Source of the DNA: Candidatus Woesearchaeota archaeon
GTDB lineage: Archaea; Nanobdellota; Nanobdellia; Woesearchaeales; UBA10216
Length of the DNA stretch: 22,744 nucleotides
NCBI GenBank assembly: GCA_016180085.1
Contig: JACPBX010000032.1
Coordinates: 1 to 22,744, forward strand
Reading direction: 5' to 3'
Position numbers and translations under genes: made by a program. The notes under the pieces were generated by a model, which searched no databases, was not told the DNA's origin, and saw nothing but the letters and a program-made list of their open reading frames with translations. Shown here piece after piece: positions 6,999 through 14,367 of the stretch (within the stretch, counting starts at the first letter, position 1; each line of letters opens with the position of its first letter).

Positions 6999-8207
6999 TT
7001 ACATTATTGGGTTGCCGCGGCACGACTGTAACCCTAATTTTCGTCGTTCAAGGTATGTTGGTTCATGTAAAAGTTTATATAAGTCGTTCATCGTTATGTA
7101 ATCCCAAATGTGCGATATTCCGAATTCTTTTCTGATGTCTTTGCCACTCGGATAATGCCCGCTTGAGATTTCTTTTTTCATATAAGTCAGAATATTTTCA
7201 ATAGCGGCTCTGAAAAGGCATTGGTCGAGTTTAGGGTTTCTTCTTCCTCCAATTTTATTCAATGGAGGAATTATGTTGGCTTCCTTGTAAATATCCAAAA
7301 CAGATTTAAAATAAGACCTAGTGTCTAACTTTAAAGCCTTATTTATGTCATGAACGTACACTTCTCTTCCTTTAATTAAATTTTCTTTAAGGTAGTCTAC
7401 GATGAGCTTTTTCTTTCTTACTTTTTCATCAGTTTCTTCATGGACTGAGGAGTCTCTTATATATTGAATTTTTTCGATTTGATCATTGCTTAAAAGCGGG
7501 AGCACATCTTCATAGAGCTTAATGCTGATACCACTAACGCCGCTAATTTTACTCTCTATCTTTGATGTTGTGGTCATTAGAATAATTTCGTGAAATCCTT
7601 GCTTAAGAAACTGTTGAAGTTGTTCAACATTCTTCTTTTTAATAGGCTCGTATTTGTTGAAGGCTTTAAGTTCTACTCCAATTAATCTTTCATTAGTATC
7701 TAAAGCAACCATATCAACGCCTTGCTCATGAATATCATTTATTTCTAATATGCTGAGATCTAACTTATAAAGAACGTCTGCAATTAGTTTGGTAAAGATT
7801 AAAGCTTTGTTACCTTTTAGGTCCTGACTATTTTTCTGTATGTATTTAATACCGGCCTGCAAATAAAATTCTTTAATACTTCTAAAGTAAGTATCCAATC
7901 TTAATTTGAATTTTTGTTCTATAAATCTTCTTGAAGGGTAATGACCTTTTTTGACCTCATTTTTCAAATAATTCAGAAGGTCTTTTCTTACGTGAACATT
8001 TAATTGTTTAGACCTGTGACGGGGGAACTTCAAAAAATCGACATTCAATTGCGAATAGATATCTTCCATATAAATGCCTTTTTGAAAGGCAAACTTAGTT
8101 CTAAGTTCTCTACAAGTTGGAAGATTGCCTTCTTTTACTCTACTTTTGACATAATCTACTATTTTCCGTTTAATTTCTGCCGAACAATTTTTTTCCATTT
8201 TCTTCAT
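6999..8207 (-). CDS. Mrr-like PD-(D/E)XK restriction-endonuclease-fold protein flanked by four helical repeats
   Basis: Central GVD-x13-ELK...V.QL...IILMTTS resembles the Mrr catalytic domain; two ~48-aa repeats lie on each side; AT-rich (hand counts of 30% GC on lines 7321 and 7681). Confidence 0.7.
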   Translation of the reverse strand: MKKMEKNCSAEIKRKIVDYVKSRVKEGNLPTCRELRTKFAFQKGIYMEDIYSQLNVDFLKFPRHRSKQLNVHVRKDLLNYLKNEVKKGHYPSRRFIEQKFKLRLDTYFRSIKEFYLQAGIKYIQKNSQDLKGNKALIFTKLIADVLYKLDLSILEINDIHEQGVDMVALDTNERLIGVELKAFNKYEPIKKKNVEQLQQFLKQGFHEIILMTTTSKIESKISGVSGISIKLYEDVLPLLSNDQIEKIQYIRDSSVHEETDEKVRKKKLIVDYLKENLIKGREVYVHDINKALKLDTRSYFKSVLDIYKEANIIPPLNKIGGRRNPKLDQCLFRAAIENILTYMKKEISSGHYPSGKDIRKEFGISHIWDYITMNDLYKLLHEPTYLERRKLGLQSCRGNPIM

Positions 8208-8215
8208 CTCTGAAA

Positions 8216-8368
8216 CCTCAATCTAACGTTGAAATTTCTCACGCTTCTAACTGAGAAATCTCTCGTTTAGTGAGGAGGACGCTGAGCGAAGCTGCCTAAT
8301 TGCTTTTAGGCGTTAGCCGACCCTGCTTTGCAGGGGAAAAGCATAATTTGGCAGCTCTGCGGTCCTCC
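8216..8368 (-). ncRNA. Candidate structured RNA / 5' leader of the nuclease gene (unknown family)
   Basis: Nested stems 8274-80/8362-68, 8291-96/8350-55, 8301-07/8337-43, 8309-11/8316-18, 8321-26/8330-35, plus a second hairpin with 8234-41/8252-59. A minus-strand TATATAAA lies at 8396-8389. Confidence 0.5.
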
Positions 8369-8388
8369 GAGCCTTTATGAAGAAGTAG

Positions 8389-8396
8389 TTTATATA
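8389..8396 (-). promoter_or_regulatory. TATA box driving the structured leader and nuclease gene
   Basis: TATATAAA on the minus strand, 21 nt upstream of the first base of the terminal GGAGGAC stem. Confidence 0.55.
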
Positions 8397-8411
8397 CCCT
8401 CGCCGGGCACC

Positions 8412-8427
8412 TGTCCAGTGTCCAGTG
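8412..8427 (-). repeat. CACTGGA heptamer tandem motif (CACTGGACACTGGACA)
   Basis: 15/16 identical to 11157-11172 on the plus strand. Confidence 0.7.
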
Positions 8428-8453
8428 CTAATTACAAAAAAAATGTAAAAAAT

Positions 8454-9311
8454 TCAAAATTTCATTTCTTTTAGTCTTTTAATGCGAATATCAAGTGGGG
8501 GGTGCGTTGAAAACAACGATATTAAGCCATGCCCCTTCAATGGGTTTACAATAAACAGGCTTGCTGTTGCCTCGTTGCCCATGCCCATTTTGTGATGCAG
8601 GGCTGCCTTGTCAAGCTTGGCCAGGGCAGAAGCCAAAGGCTCTCCATCCTTTATCGTTGTTGCGCCGCTGTGGTCCGCAAGGAACTCCCTTGACCTTGAG
8701 ATGGCAAGCTGCAAAATCATGGCTATAATTGGGGTAATTATCGCGAGGGCAAGAAGTGCGATGGCATTGCTACCTCCCCTGTTGTCATCGCGCCTGCCGC
8801 CACCAAATATCGCGGCAAACTGGGCCATGTGGGCCAGGTAAGAGATGACGCCAGCTATTGTTGCTGCAATTGTTGTGACAAGAATATCCCTGTTCTTTAC
8901 ATGACTGATTTCATGGGCAATAACGCCTTTAAGCTCCTTATCTGTGAGAAGCTTCATGATGCCCTCTGTGCAGGCAACAGCAGCATGCTTCGGACTGCGG
9001 CCAGTTGCAAACGCATTGGCAGCCTCTGTTGGAATAATATAGACCTTTGGCTTAGGAATGTTTGCAGCTGCAACTACCTCGTCAACGATTTTGTGAAGAT
9101 GAGCATAAGATTTTTTGTCAGCAGGCTTTGCCCTGTACATTGCCAAAACAATCTTGTCAGAGAACCAGTAAGCCCCAAAGTTCATAAGGACTGAGAAGAT
9201 AAGGGCAACAAACAGCCCGGTCTGGCCGCCAATCAGCCTGCCAACTACCAAAAGCAGACCTGTAAGCAAGCCAAGCAGCAGCACTGTCTTTATCTGGTTA
9301 CCAAAACCCAT
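8454..9311 (-). CDS. htpX: Protease HtpX (M48 zinc metalloprotease)
   Basis: NAFATGR.P..A.V..T.G, HEISH (HExxH), ISRSREFLAD, LFSTHPP...RI. Confidence 0.96.
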   Translation of the reverse strand: MGFGNQIKTVLLLGLLTGLLLVVGRLIGGQTGLFVALIFSVLMNFGAYWFSDKIVLAMYRAKPADKKSYAHLHKIVDEVVAAANIPKPKVYIIPTEAANAFATGRSPKHAAVACTEGIMKLLTDKELKGVIAHEISHVKNRDILVTTIAATIAGVISYLAHMAQFAAIFGGGRRDDNRGGSNAIALLALAIITPIIAMILQLAISRSREFLADHSGATTIKDGEPLASALAKLDKAALHHKMGMGNEATASLFIVNPLKGHGLISLFSTHPPLDIRIKRLKEMKF

Positions 9312-9511
9312 GTTTCGAGGAAATGTTGATGAGGTTTAAAAAGGTATCGCACAAGCTTTTACCGCACATCGAGATAGTTTATACGAATATTTTCGATGCT
9401 GTTACCGCTACCATAAAGATTATTTTATAAAATATATTTTAAAAACACAGCAAAGTATTTATACAGATTTTATCAGAGAGAGGCAGAGGGTTGAAGGGGG
9501 TAAGCAGTTAA

Positions 9512-10090
9512 GTGATTTCGAAATCTCAGAAGAGTCGCGGAAATGGGCACAGGAATGCGGCAGAGTATAAGGCTGCGGGCAGGCCAAAAGTAGGGCTCCA
9601 TCCTGAAATTGCAGAAGCTGTCAGGACAACAGCCGGGGAAGACGCCCTAAAGCTCGCCGGCATACTTGCAAGCGGAAAAAACCTGTCTGAGTTTAAGCTG
9701 GTGAAAAAGGCAAAACTGGACATACAAAGGACCAGAAACATTCTTTACAAGCTTCACAGCAATAACCTTGCTGATTACAGGAGGGTGAAGGACAACAAGA
9801 GCGGGACGTACGTGAGCTACTGGACATTCAACAGGCTGGTGGCGAAAAAGCTCTTTTCAAGGATTCGGCAGGAAAAGCTGCAAAGGTTCAGGGAAAGGTT
9901 GGAAGAAGAAGCGAGCAACATAAATGGCTATTTCATCTGCCCTGCAGCGTGTGTAAGGGCAGACTTTACCACGGCAGTGCAGACAGGATTCAAATGCGGG
10001 GAATGCGGCCAGCTCCTGGAGCAGGAAGACAACACAAGGACAATCGATTTTCTCAGGGAAAAAGTCAGGGAAATGGAAGCTGTAGCGTGA
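9512..10090 (+). CDS. tfe: Transcription initiation factor E (TFE / TFIIE-alpha)
   Basis: Winged-helix R.ILYKL...NL..Y.R.KD...G....YW, then a zinc ribbon (F.CP..C...F..A....F.C.ECG..L...DN). The GTG start is uncertain. Confidence 0.9.
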   Translation: MISKSQKSRGNGHRNAAEYKAAGRPKVGLHPEIAEAVRTTAGEDALKLAGILASGKNLSEFKLVKKAKLDIQRTRNILYKLHSNNLADYRRVKDNKSGTYVSYWTFNRLVAKKLFSRIRQEKLQRFRERLEEEASNINGYFICPAACVRADFTTAVQTGFKCGECGQLLEQEDNTRTIDFLREKVREMEAVA

Positions 10091-10092
10091 CC

Positions 10093-10200
10093 CCTTTTTT
10101 TTCGCAAAAGAAAAAGCCAATGTCGGCAAAGACCGACAAGCCAGCATCGGCAGTAGCCGATGCGTATTGGTCCAAGACCAATATTTCCCTCTCCGGGAAA
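10093..10200. repeat. Array of back-to-back inverted repeats downstream of tfe
   Basis: Hairpins at 10093-10116 (imperfect), 10121-10138, 10144-10163, 10165-10183 and 10184-10200. Confidence 0.8.
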
Positions 10201-10275
10201 GCGTCAATGGGAAAAAGAAAACAACAAAAGCGATAAGCATTTAAGCAACCTCTTTTGCAGATTTCTTTTCATAAA

Positions 10276-10389
10276 ATGATTAAGTGCGACAAGTGCAATT
10301 TTCTGCTCACTGTGCTTCGGGTGCACAAGAACAGGGCCTTCTGCGAGAACTGCAAGGGATGGATAGCCTGGACTATCCTGGTTGAATAA
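10276..10389 (+). CDS. 37-aa zinc-ribbon microprotein (not in the ORF track)
   Basis: MIKCDKCNFLLTVLRVHKNRAFCENCKGWIAWTILVE*; two CxxC pairs; AAGCATTTAAG about 30 nt upstream; paralogue 200 nt downstream. Confidence 0.75.
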   Translation: MIKCDKCNFLLTVLRVHKNRAFCENCKGWIAWTILVE

Positions 10390-10475
10390 AGCCCGGCCAA
10401 CCCATTTGCATTCTTTCTGAAATTGCTGCAAGAAGTATTTAAGTAGAACAAATAGCGGAGAAATAAAGCTGGAGC

Positions 10476-10649
10476 ATGATTAAGTGCGACAAGTGCGGCT
10501 CGCTGCTCACATTGTTCAGGGTGTATAAGAACAGGGCATTCTGCGAAAAGTGCAAAGCGTGGATAGGCTGGGTCATATACAGCGAGAGGGTGGAAGATAT
10601 CAAATATTGCGTAGAGTGCAACATTAACCACGCGAAACATTCCAAATAG
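10476..10649 (+). CDS. 57-aa zinc-ribbon microprotein with an extra CxxCxxxHxxH tail (not in the ORF track)
   Basis: MIKCDKCGSLLTLFRVYKNRAFCEKCKAWIGWVIYSERVEDIKYCVECNINHAKHSK*; AAGTATTTAAG about 30 nt upstream; GGAG immediately before ATG. Confidence 0.8.
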   Translation: MIKCDKCGSLLTLFRVYKNRAFCEKCKAWIGWVIYSERVEDIKYCVECNINHAKHSK

Positions 10650-10671
10650 CCCTTTTTATTTTAGCCGAACT

Positions 10672-11046
10672 TCAGAAAAGCCTTGCTATACCCTCTATCT
10701 GCCGCAGCTTAGTGTTTTTGAAAAGAAAGTTTCTTAGTGCGTTATCAACCTTAACACCAAGTCGCTGCAGAAGCGTGTTAAGCCTGCCGTAAAGCTTTTT
10801 CCCCTCTTCGTCTAGGTCTGTAAGGATGGCAGCCTCTTTGTGGCAAGCCGCAACCTCCTCGGCAACAGCAAAAATCGGCTTCTTGCCGAGAACAAATATC
10901 CTGCCACTGCCAACGCCGATTTTGCCAAGCGCGGCTTTGTCCTTTTTACCCTCCACGATTACTGCAGCACCATTGTCGGATATTTTTCCCAGCATACTTT
11001 CAACTGCCGCTGTTATTTCAACTGCTAAAGAAGCTGAAGCCATCAT
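10672..11046 (-). CDS. Small Toprim-domain protein (RNase M5 / small primase-like family)
   Basis: VIVEGKKD..AL and ILTDLDEEG (E and DxD Toprim motifs). Confidence 0.88.
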   Translation of the reverse strand: MMASASLAVEITAAVESMLGKISDNGAAVIVEGKKDKAALGKIGVGSGRIFVLGKKPIFAVAEEVAACHKEAAILTDLDEEGKKLYGRLNTLLQRLGVKVDNALRNFLFKNTKLRQIEGIARLF

Positions 11047-11080
11047 TGAGAAGTGAGGGTTGGTGATTTAAATACATTTT

Positions 11081-11172
11081 CACTGGACACGCTCGTTGCT
11101 ACGAGCTATCCAGTGGTATCGCTTTCCGATTGACCGCTTTGCCAAAGGGGTCATGCCACTGGACACCGGACA
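11081..11172. repeat. Intergenic hairpin/repeat cassette between the divergent Toprim and primase promoters
   Basis: CACTGGA/TCCAGTG stem (11081-87/11109-15) enclosing GCTCGT/ACGAGC; a TGACC...GGTCA hairpin at 11131-11153; CACTGGACACCGGACA at 11157-11172. Confidence 0.75.
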
Positions 11173-11217
11173 ACAGCGGGGAAGTTATTTAAACGGAAAA
11201 GCTGCACCCATTCCAGA

Positions 11218-12627
11218 ATGATACACCTAAGCACCTCGCTGAAGTATTACAAAAGGGAGAACGTGCAGAAGGCCCTGATTGAGCACGGCAGGGACAAGGA
11301 AGTGGCTGCCAGGTTCAATGAGCAGTTCGGCAAAAGACCTGACATACTCACATACTCCGGTGATGTTCTTGAGCTTGCCAAGCAGGGCGCAACGTCCTTC
11401 CACTGCTCTGAGGAGCTATGGACCAACCCGCTGCTGTTGCAGCCGCAGATGCAGAAAAAAGAGCTTGACAAAATGAGGAAAGGGTGGGACCTCCTTCTGG
11501 ACGTGGATACAGACTCAAAAGACAAGGAAACCGGCTTTGAATACTCAAAAATAGCCGCAGACCTGATAGTCAAAGAACTAAAACTGCACGGCATAACAAG
11601 CGTAACCACGAAGTTTAGCGGCAACAAGGGGTTCCACATAGCAGTGCCGTGGGAAGCATTCCCGAAGGAAATCAACGGGAAAGAAACAAAAGACCTGTTT
11701 CCTGAAGCACCAAGAAAGATAGCCGCATACTTGAAAGAGCGCACGATAGCAGAGCTCGGCAGGAGGATACTGCAACACGAAAAAGGAAACTACAGGGCAA
11801 TAGCTGAGAAAACCGGCAAGGATGTCAAGGAATTCGCATATGTAAAGGCTGTTAAGGGAGGAATGGAGAGCGAGAGGAAGCTGGAGTTCAACGCAGAGCC
11901 ATTCCTTGTAGTTGATACGCTGCTCATATCATCAAGGCACATGTACAGGATGCCCTACTCGCTGCATGAAAAGTCCGGTCTGGTATCATTGCCCGTAGAT
12001 GTTGGCAACATAATGGCTTTTGACAAAAAAACGGCTTTGCCCGAAAAAGCAGTTGTGGGGCAACAGCAGTTCATGCAAAGGGCAACGGCAAAAGAAGGGG
12101 AGGCACGCAGCCTTTTCATAGCAGCATTTGACTTTGGGAAAACGTTAACAGTTAAAGTCGATGAGGAAAAGAGCGGCAGCCTTAACAGGGAATACGATGA
12201 AGTGGAAGGCAAAATCCCAGAGCAATACTTCCCGCCATGCATAAAAAAGATGCTTGAAGGCGTTGAGGATGGCAGGAAAAGGGCGCTGTTCGTTTTGATT
12301 AACTTCCTAGGCAGCTGCAACTACGGCAACGAGGAAATTGAAGCAGAAATAAAGGAATGGAACTCAAGGAATAAAGAGCCGCTGCCGCAGCTATACCTGC
12401 AATCGCAGCTAAGCTACGCGAGGCAAAAAGCGGAGAAAGTCCTGCCTCCAAACTGCAGCAACGCCAGCTACTACAAGGAGCTCGGCATAGAGTGCACGGC
12501 AGAATGCGGCACGTGCAAAAACCCGGTAGCGGAGGCCAAGCAGATTTACAGGAGAGCGATGAGGGTGGCAACCGAGCTTAAGCAACCAAAAAAGAGAGGG
12601 CGAAAAAAAGAAGACAGTAACCTTTAA
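11218..12627 (+). CDS. priSL: Fused archaeo-eukaryotic primase (PriS catalytic domain plus PriL C-terminal Fe-S domain)
   Basis: WDLLLDVD, KFSGNKGFHI, SRHMYRMPYSLHEKS; C-terminal FPPCI..ML.G..DGRKR, PPNC, C..EC..CKNP. Confidence 0.88.
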   Translation: MIHLSTSLKYYKRENVQKALIEHGRDKEVAARFNEQFGKRPDILTYSGDVLELAKQGATSFHCSEELWTNPLLLQPQMQKKELDKMRKGWDLLLDVDTDSKDKETGFEYSKIAADLIVKELKLHGITSVTTKFSGNKGFHIAVPWEAFPKEINGKETKDLFPEAPRKIAAYLKERTIAELGRRILQHEKGNYRAIAEKTGKDVKEFAYVKAVKGGMESERKLEFNAEPFLVVDTLLISSRHMYRMPYSLHEKSGLVSLPVDVGNIMAFDKKTALPEKAVVGQQQFMQRATAKEGEARSLFIAAFDFGKTLTVKVDEEKSGSLNREYDEVEGKIPEQYFPPCIKKMLEGVEDGRKRALFVLINFLGSCNYGNEEIEAEIKEWNSRNKEPLPQLYLQSQLSYARQKAEKVLPPNCSNASYYKELGIECTAECGTCKNPVAEAKQIYRRAMRVATELKQPKKRGRKKEDSNL

Positions 12628-12630
12628 ATA
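12623..12630 (+). promoter_or_regulatory. TATA box for the rps13 operon, overlapping the primase stop codon
   Basis: TTTAAATA contains the TAA stop (12625-27); the predicted start of about 12653-56 coincides with the first stem of the leader. Confidence 0.6.
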
Positions 12631-12655
12631 CCACCCGCTAGTTTCTCCTCTATAT

Positions 12656-12731
12656 TCGCCCGAGTTCTGGGAAGAGCGATTGAGGGCGACAAAGCGGTTC
12701 TTCTCAGATGACCTTTTTTCTAAAAAGGTCA
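12656..12731 (+). promoter_or_regulatory. Candidate structured ribosomal-protein leader (H-type pseudoknot plus 23-nt hairpin)
   Basis: TCGCCC 12656-61 pairs with GGGCGA 12684-89; 11-bp stem 12667-77/12697-12707; hairpin 12709-12731. Confidence 0.6.
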
Positions 12732-12751
12732 ATCAAAAACTACGAATTAAA

Positions 12752-13285
12752 ATGGAACAGGAACCTCAAACACAGGAACAGTTCAAGCACATCGTAAGAA
12801 TTGCCAACACTGACATAGATGGCAACAGGAAGCTAGTTGATGCTCTCAGAAAAATAAAAGGAATTGGGTTTGCTGTTGCCAATGCAGTATGCCACCTTGC
12901 ACAGGTTGATGCAATGAAGAAAGCAGGGTACATGCTGCCGGAAGAAGTAAAAAAGGTTGATGACATAATCGCAAATGCCAGCAGCATGGTTCCCGTATGG
13001 ATGCTGAACAGGAGAAAGAACCTCGAAGACGGCATTGACAGGCACATGGTAGGGGCAGACCTGACATTTGCACAGGAAAGCGACATAAGGTTCATGAAGC
13101 AGATAAGGAGCTACAAGGGAGTGAGGCACACTATAGGCGCGCCTGTGAGAGGCCAAAGGACGAGGTCAAACTTCAGGAAGAACAAAGGAAAGGTCATGGG
13201 CGTGATAAAGAAGAAGGAGGCTGCGCAGGCAGCAGCCCCCGCCAAGGAAGAAAAGGGCAAGGGCGGAAAGGAAGCCAAAAAATAG
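12752..13285 (+). CDS. rps13: 30S ribosomal protein S13 (uS13)
   Basis: FKHIVRIANTDIDG, L..IKGIG, WMLNRRK...G.D.H, Y.G.RH..G.PVRGQRT. Start moved from 12680 to ATG 12752. Confidence 0.97.
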   Translation: MEQEPQTQEQFKHIVRIANTDIDGNRKLVDALRKIKGIGFAVANAVCHLAQVDAMKKAGYMLPEEVKKVDDIIANASSMVPVWMLNRRKNLEDGIDRHMVGADLTFAQESDIRFMKQIRSYKGVRHTIGAPVRGQRTRSNFRKNKGKVMGVIKKKEAAQAAAPAKEEKGKGGKEAKK

Positions 13286-13307
13286 ACTGAGGTAATGGCA
13301 GCGCAAA

Positions 13308-13919
13308 ATGGGAGACCCTAGAAGGTTCGGAAAAAAGTTCGCAAGACCATTCAGGCTCTGGGATGAAACCAGGATAGCTGAAGAGAAAGACCTGCTAAAA
13401 GCTTACGGCCTGAAGAATAAGAACGAAATATGGAGAACGGAGACAATGCTCAGAAGATTCAAGGGCCAGGCAAAGAACCTGATAGCGATGAAAGGCCCTC
13501 AGGCTGAGAAAGAGAAGCAGCAGCTTATTGCCAGGCTTATATCGCTCGGCCTCACAAGCCAAACGGCAGACCTTGACACTGTGCTGGGGCTCACGATAAA
13601 CAACCTGCTGGACAGGAGGCTGCAGACCCTCGTCTTCAACAAGAAACTCGCCAGGACAATAGCACAGGCAAGGCAATTCATAGTCCACGAACAAATAACA
13701 GTAAAAGGCAGGAAGACTGCTGTGCCATCCTACCTCGTGAAAAGGGATGAGGAAGATGCCATAACGTTTGCGCCAGAATCGCCGCTGGCCAGCGAAACTC
13801 ACCCTGAAAGGGTGATTAAACAGCCAGGAACACCAACCGATACTGAAGCAGCACAGGAAGCCAAGGAGATTGTGGCAAAGGAAGAAACAGAAGCAATAGC
13901 ACAAAAGGCAGGGAAATAA
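13308..13919 (+). CDS. rps4: 30S ribosomal protein S4 (uS4)
   Basis: MGDPR, YGLKNK.EIW, LDRRLQT.V....LA....QARQFIVH. Confidence 0.97.
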   Translation: MGDPRRFGKKFARPFRLWDETRIAEEKDLLKAYGLKNKNEIWRTETMLRRFKGQAKNLIAMKGPQAEKEKQQLIARLISLGLTSQTADLDTVLGLTINNLLDRRLQTLVFNKKLARTIAQARQFIVHEQITVKGRKTAVPSYLVKRDEEDAITFAPESPLASETHPERVIKQPGTPTDTEAAQEAKEIVAKEETEAIAQKAGK

Positions 13920-13920
13920 A

Positions 13921-14319
13921 ATGGAAAGGGAAAAAACACGATGGGGAGTTGCCCACATATTTTCGTCATATAATAACACAATCATACACATAACAGACGC
14001 GACAGGCACGGAAACGCTTGGGAAGGCATCGGGCGGCATGGTTGTAAAGGCGGACAGGCTTGAAGGCTCGCCAACAGCAGCAATGGCTGCAGCGAAAAGG
14101 GCGGCAGAACAGGCAATGGACAAGGGCATAACAGGCATTCATGTTAAAATAAAAGCCCCAGGAGGGCACAACGGCCCGAATACGCCGGGGCCAGGCGCGC
14201 AGGCAGCAATAAGGGCACTGTCAAGGATGGGCCTGAGGATAGGGGTAATCGAGGATGTTACACCGCTGCCTCACGACAGCTGCAGAAAGAAAGGCGGCAA
14301 ACGGGGAAGGCGGGTATAG
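13921..14319 (+). CDS. rps11: 30S ribosomal protein S11 (uS11)
   Basis: [51 protein letters not shown]. Confidence 0.98.
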   Translation: MEREKTRWGVAHIFSSYNNTIIHITDATGTETLGKASGGMVVKADRLEGSPTAAMAAAKRAAEQAMDKGITGIHVKIKAPGGHNGPNTPGPGAQAAIRALSRMGLRIGVIEDVTPLPHDSCRKKGGKRGRRV

Positions 14320-14367
14320 GAAGGAAGAATACAAAACAACAGCGGCTGCTGTAAAGGTGAAAATCAA

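Noticed and set aside
6850-8400. Group I intron, RNase P or SRP identity for the structures flanking the nuclease gene
   Set aside because: Fragments such as GTTCAGAG and TACAGTC resemble R/S elements, but I could not assemble P3-P7 pairing, GAGGAAAGTCC or the helix-8 motif by eye; left as unknown RNA pending a covariance-model search.
9411-9465. Very AT-rich palindromic stretch (ATTTTATAAAATATATTTTAAAA) as a possible replication origin
   Set aside because: No ORB-like repeats or adjacent cdc6/orc1; adequately explained by the divergent htpX/tfe promoters.
10204-10645. Minus-strand ORFs 10204-10431, 10269-10640 and 10439-10645 from the track
   Set aside because: These are antisense shadows of the two plus-strand zinc-ribbon ORFs; their mutual similarity simply reflects that duplication.
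12630-12750. tRNA upstream of rps13, as in some archaea
   Set aside because: No cloverleaf, TTC-A T-loop or acceptor stem; the sequence fits a pseudoknot plus hairpin better.
14338-14353. Small hairpin ACAGC/GCTGT between rps11 and rpoD
   Set aside because: A 5-bp stem with a single occurrence, within chance expectation.
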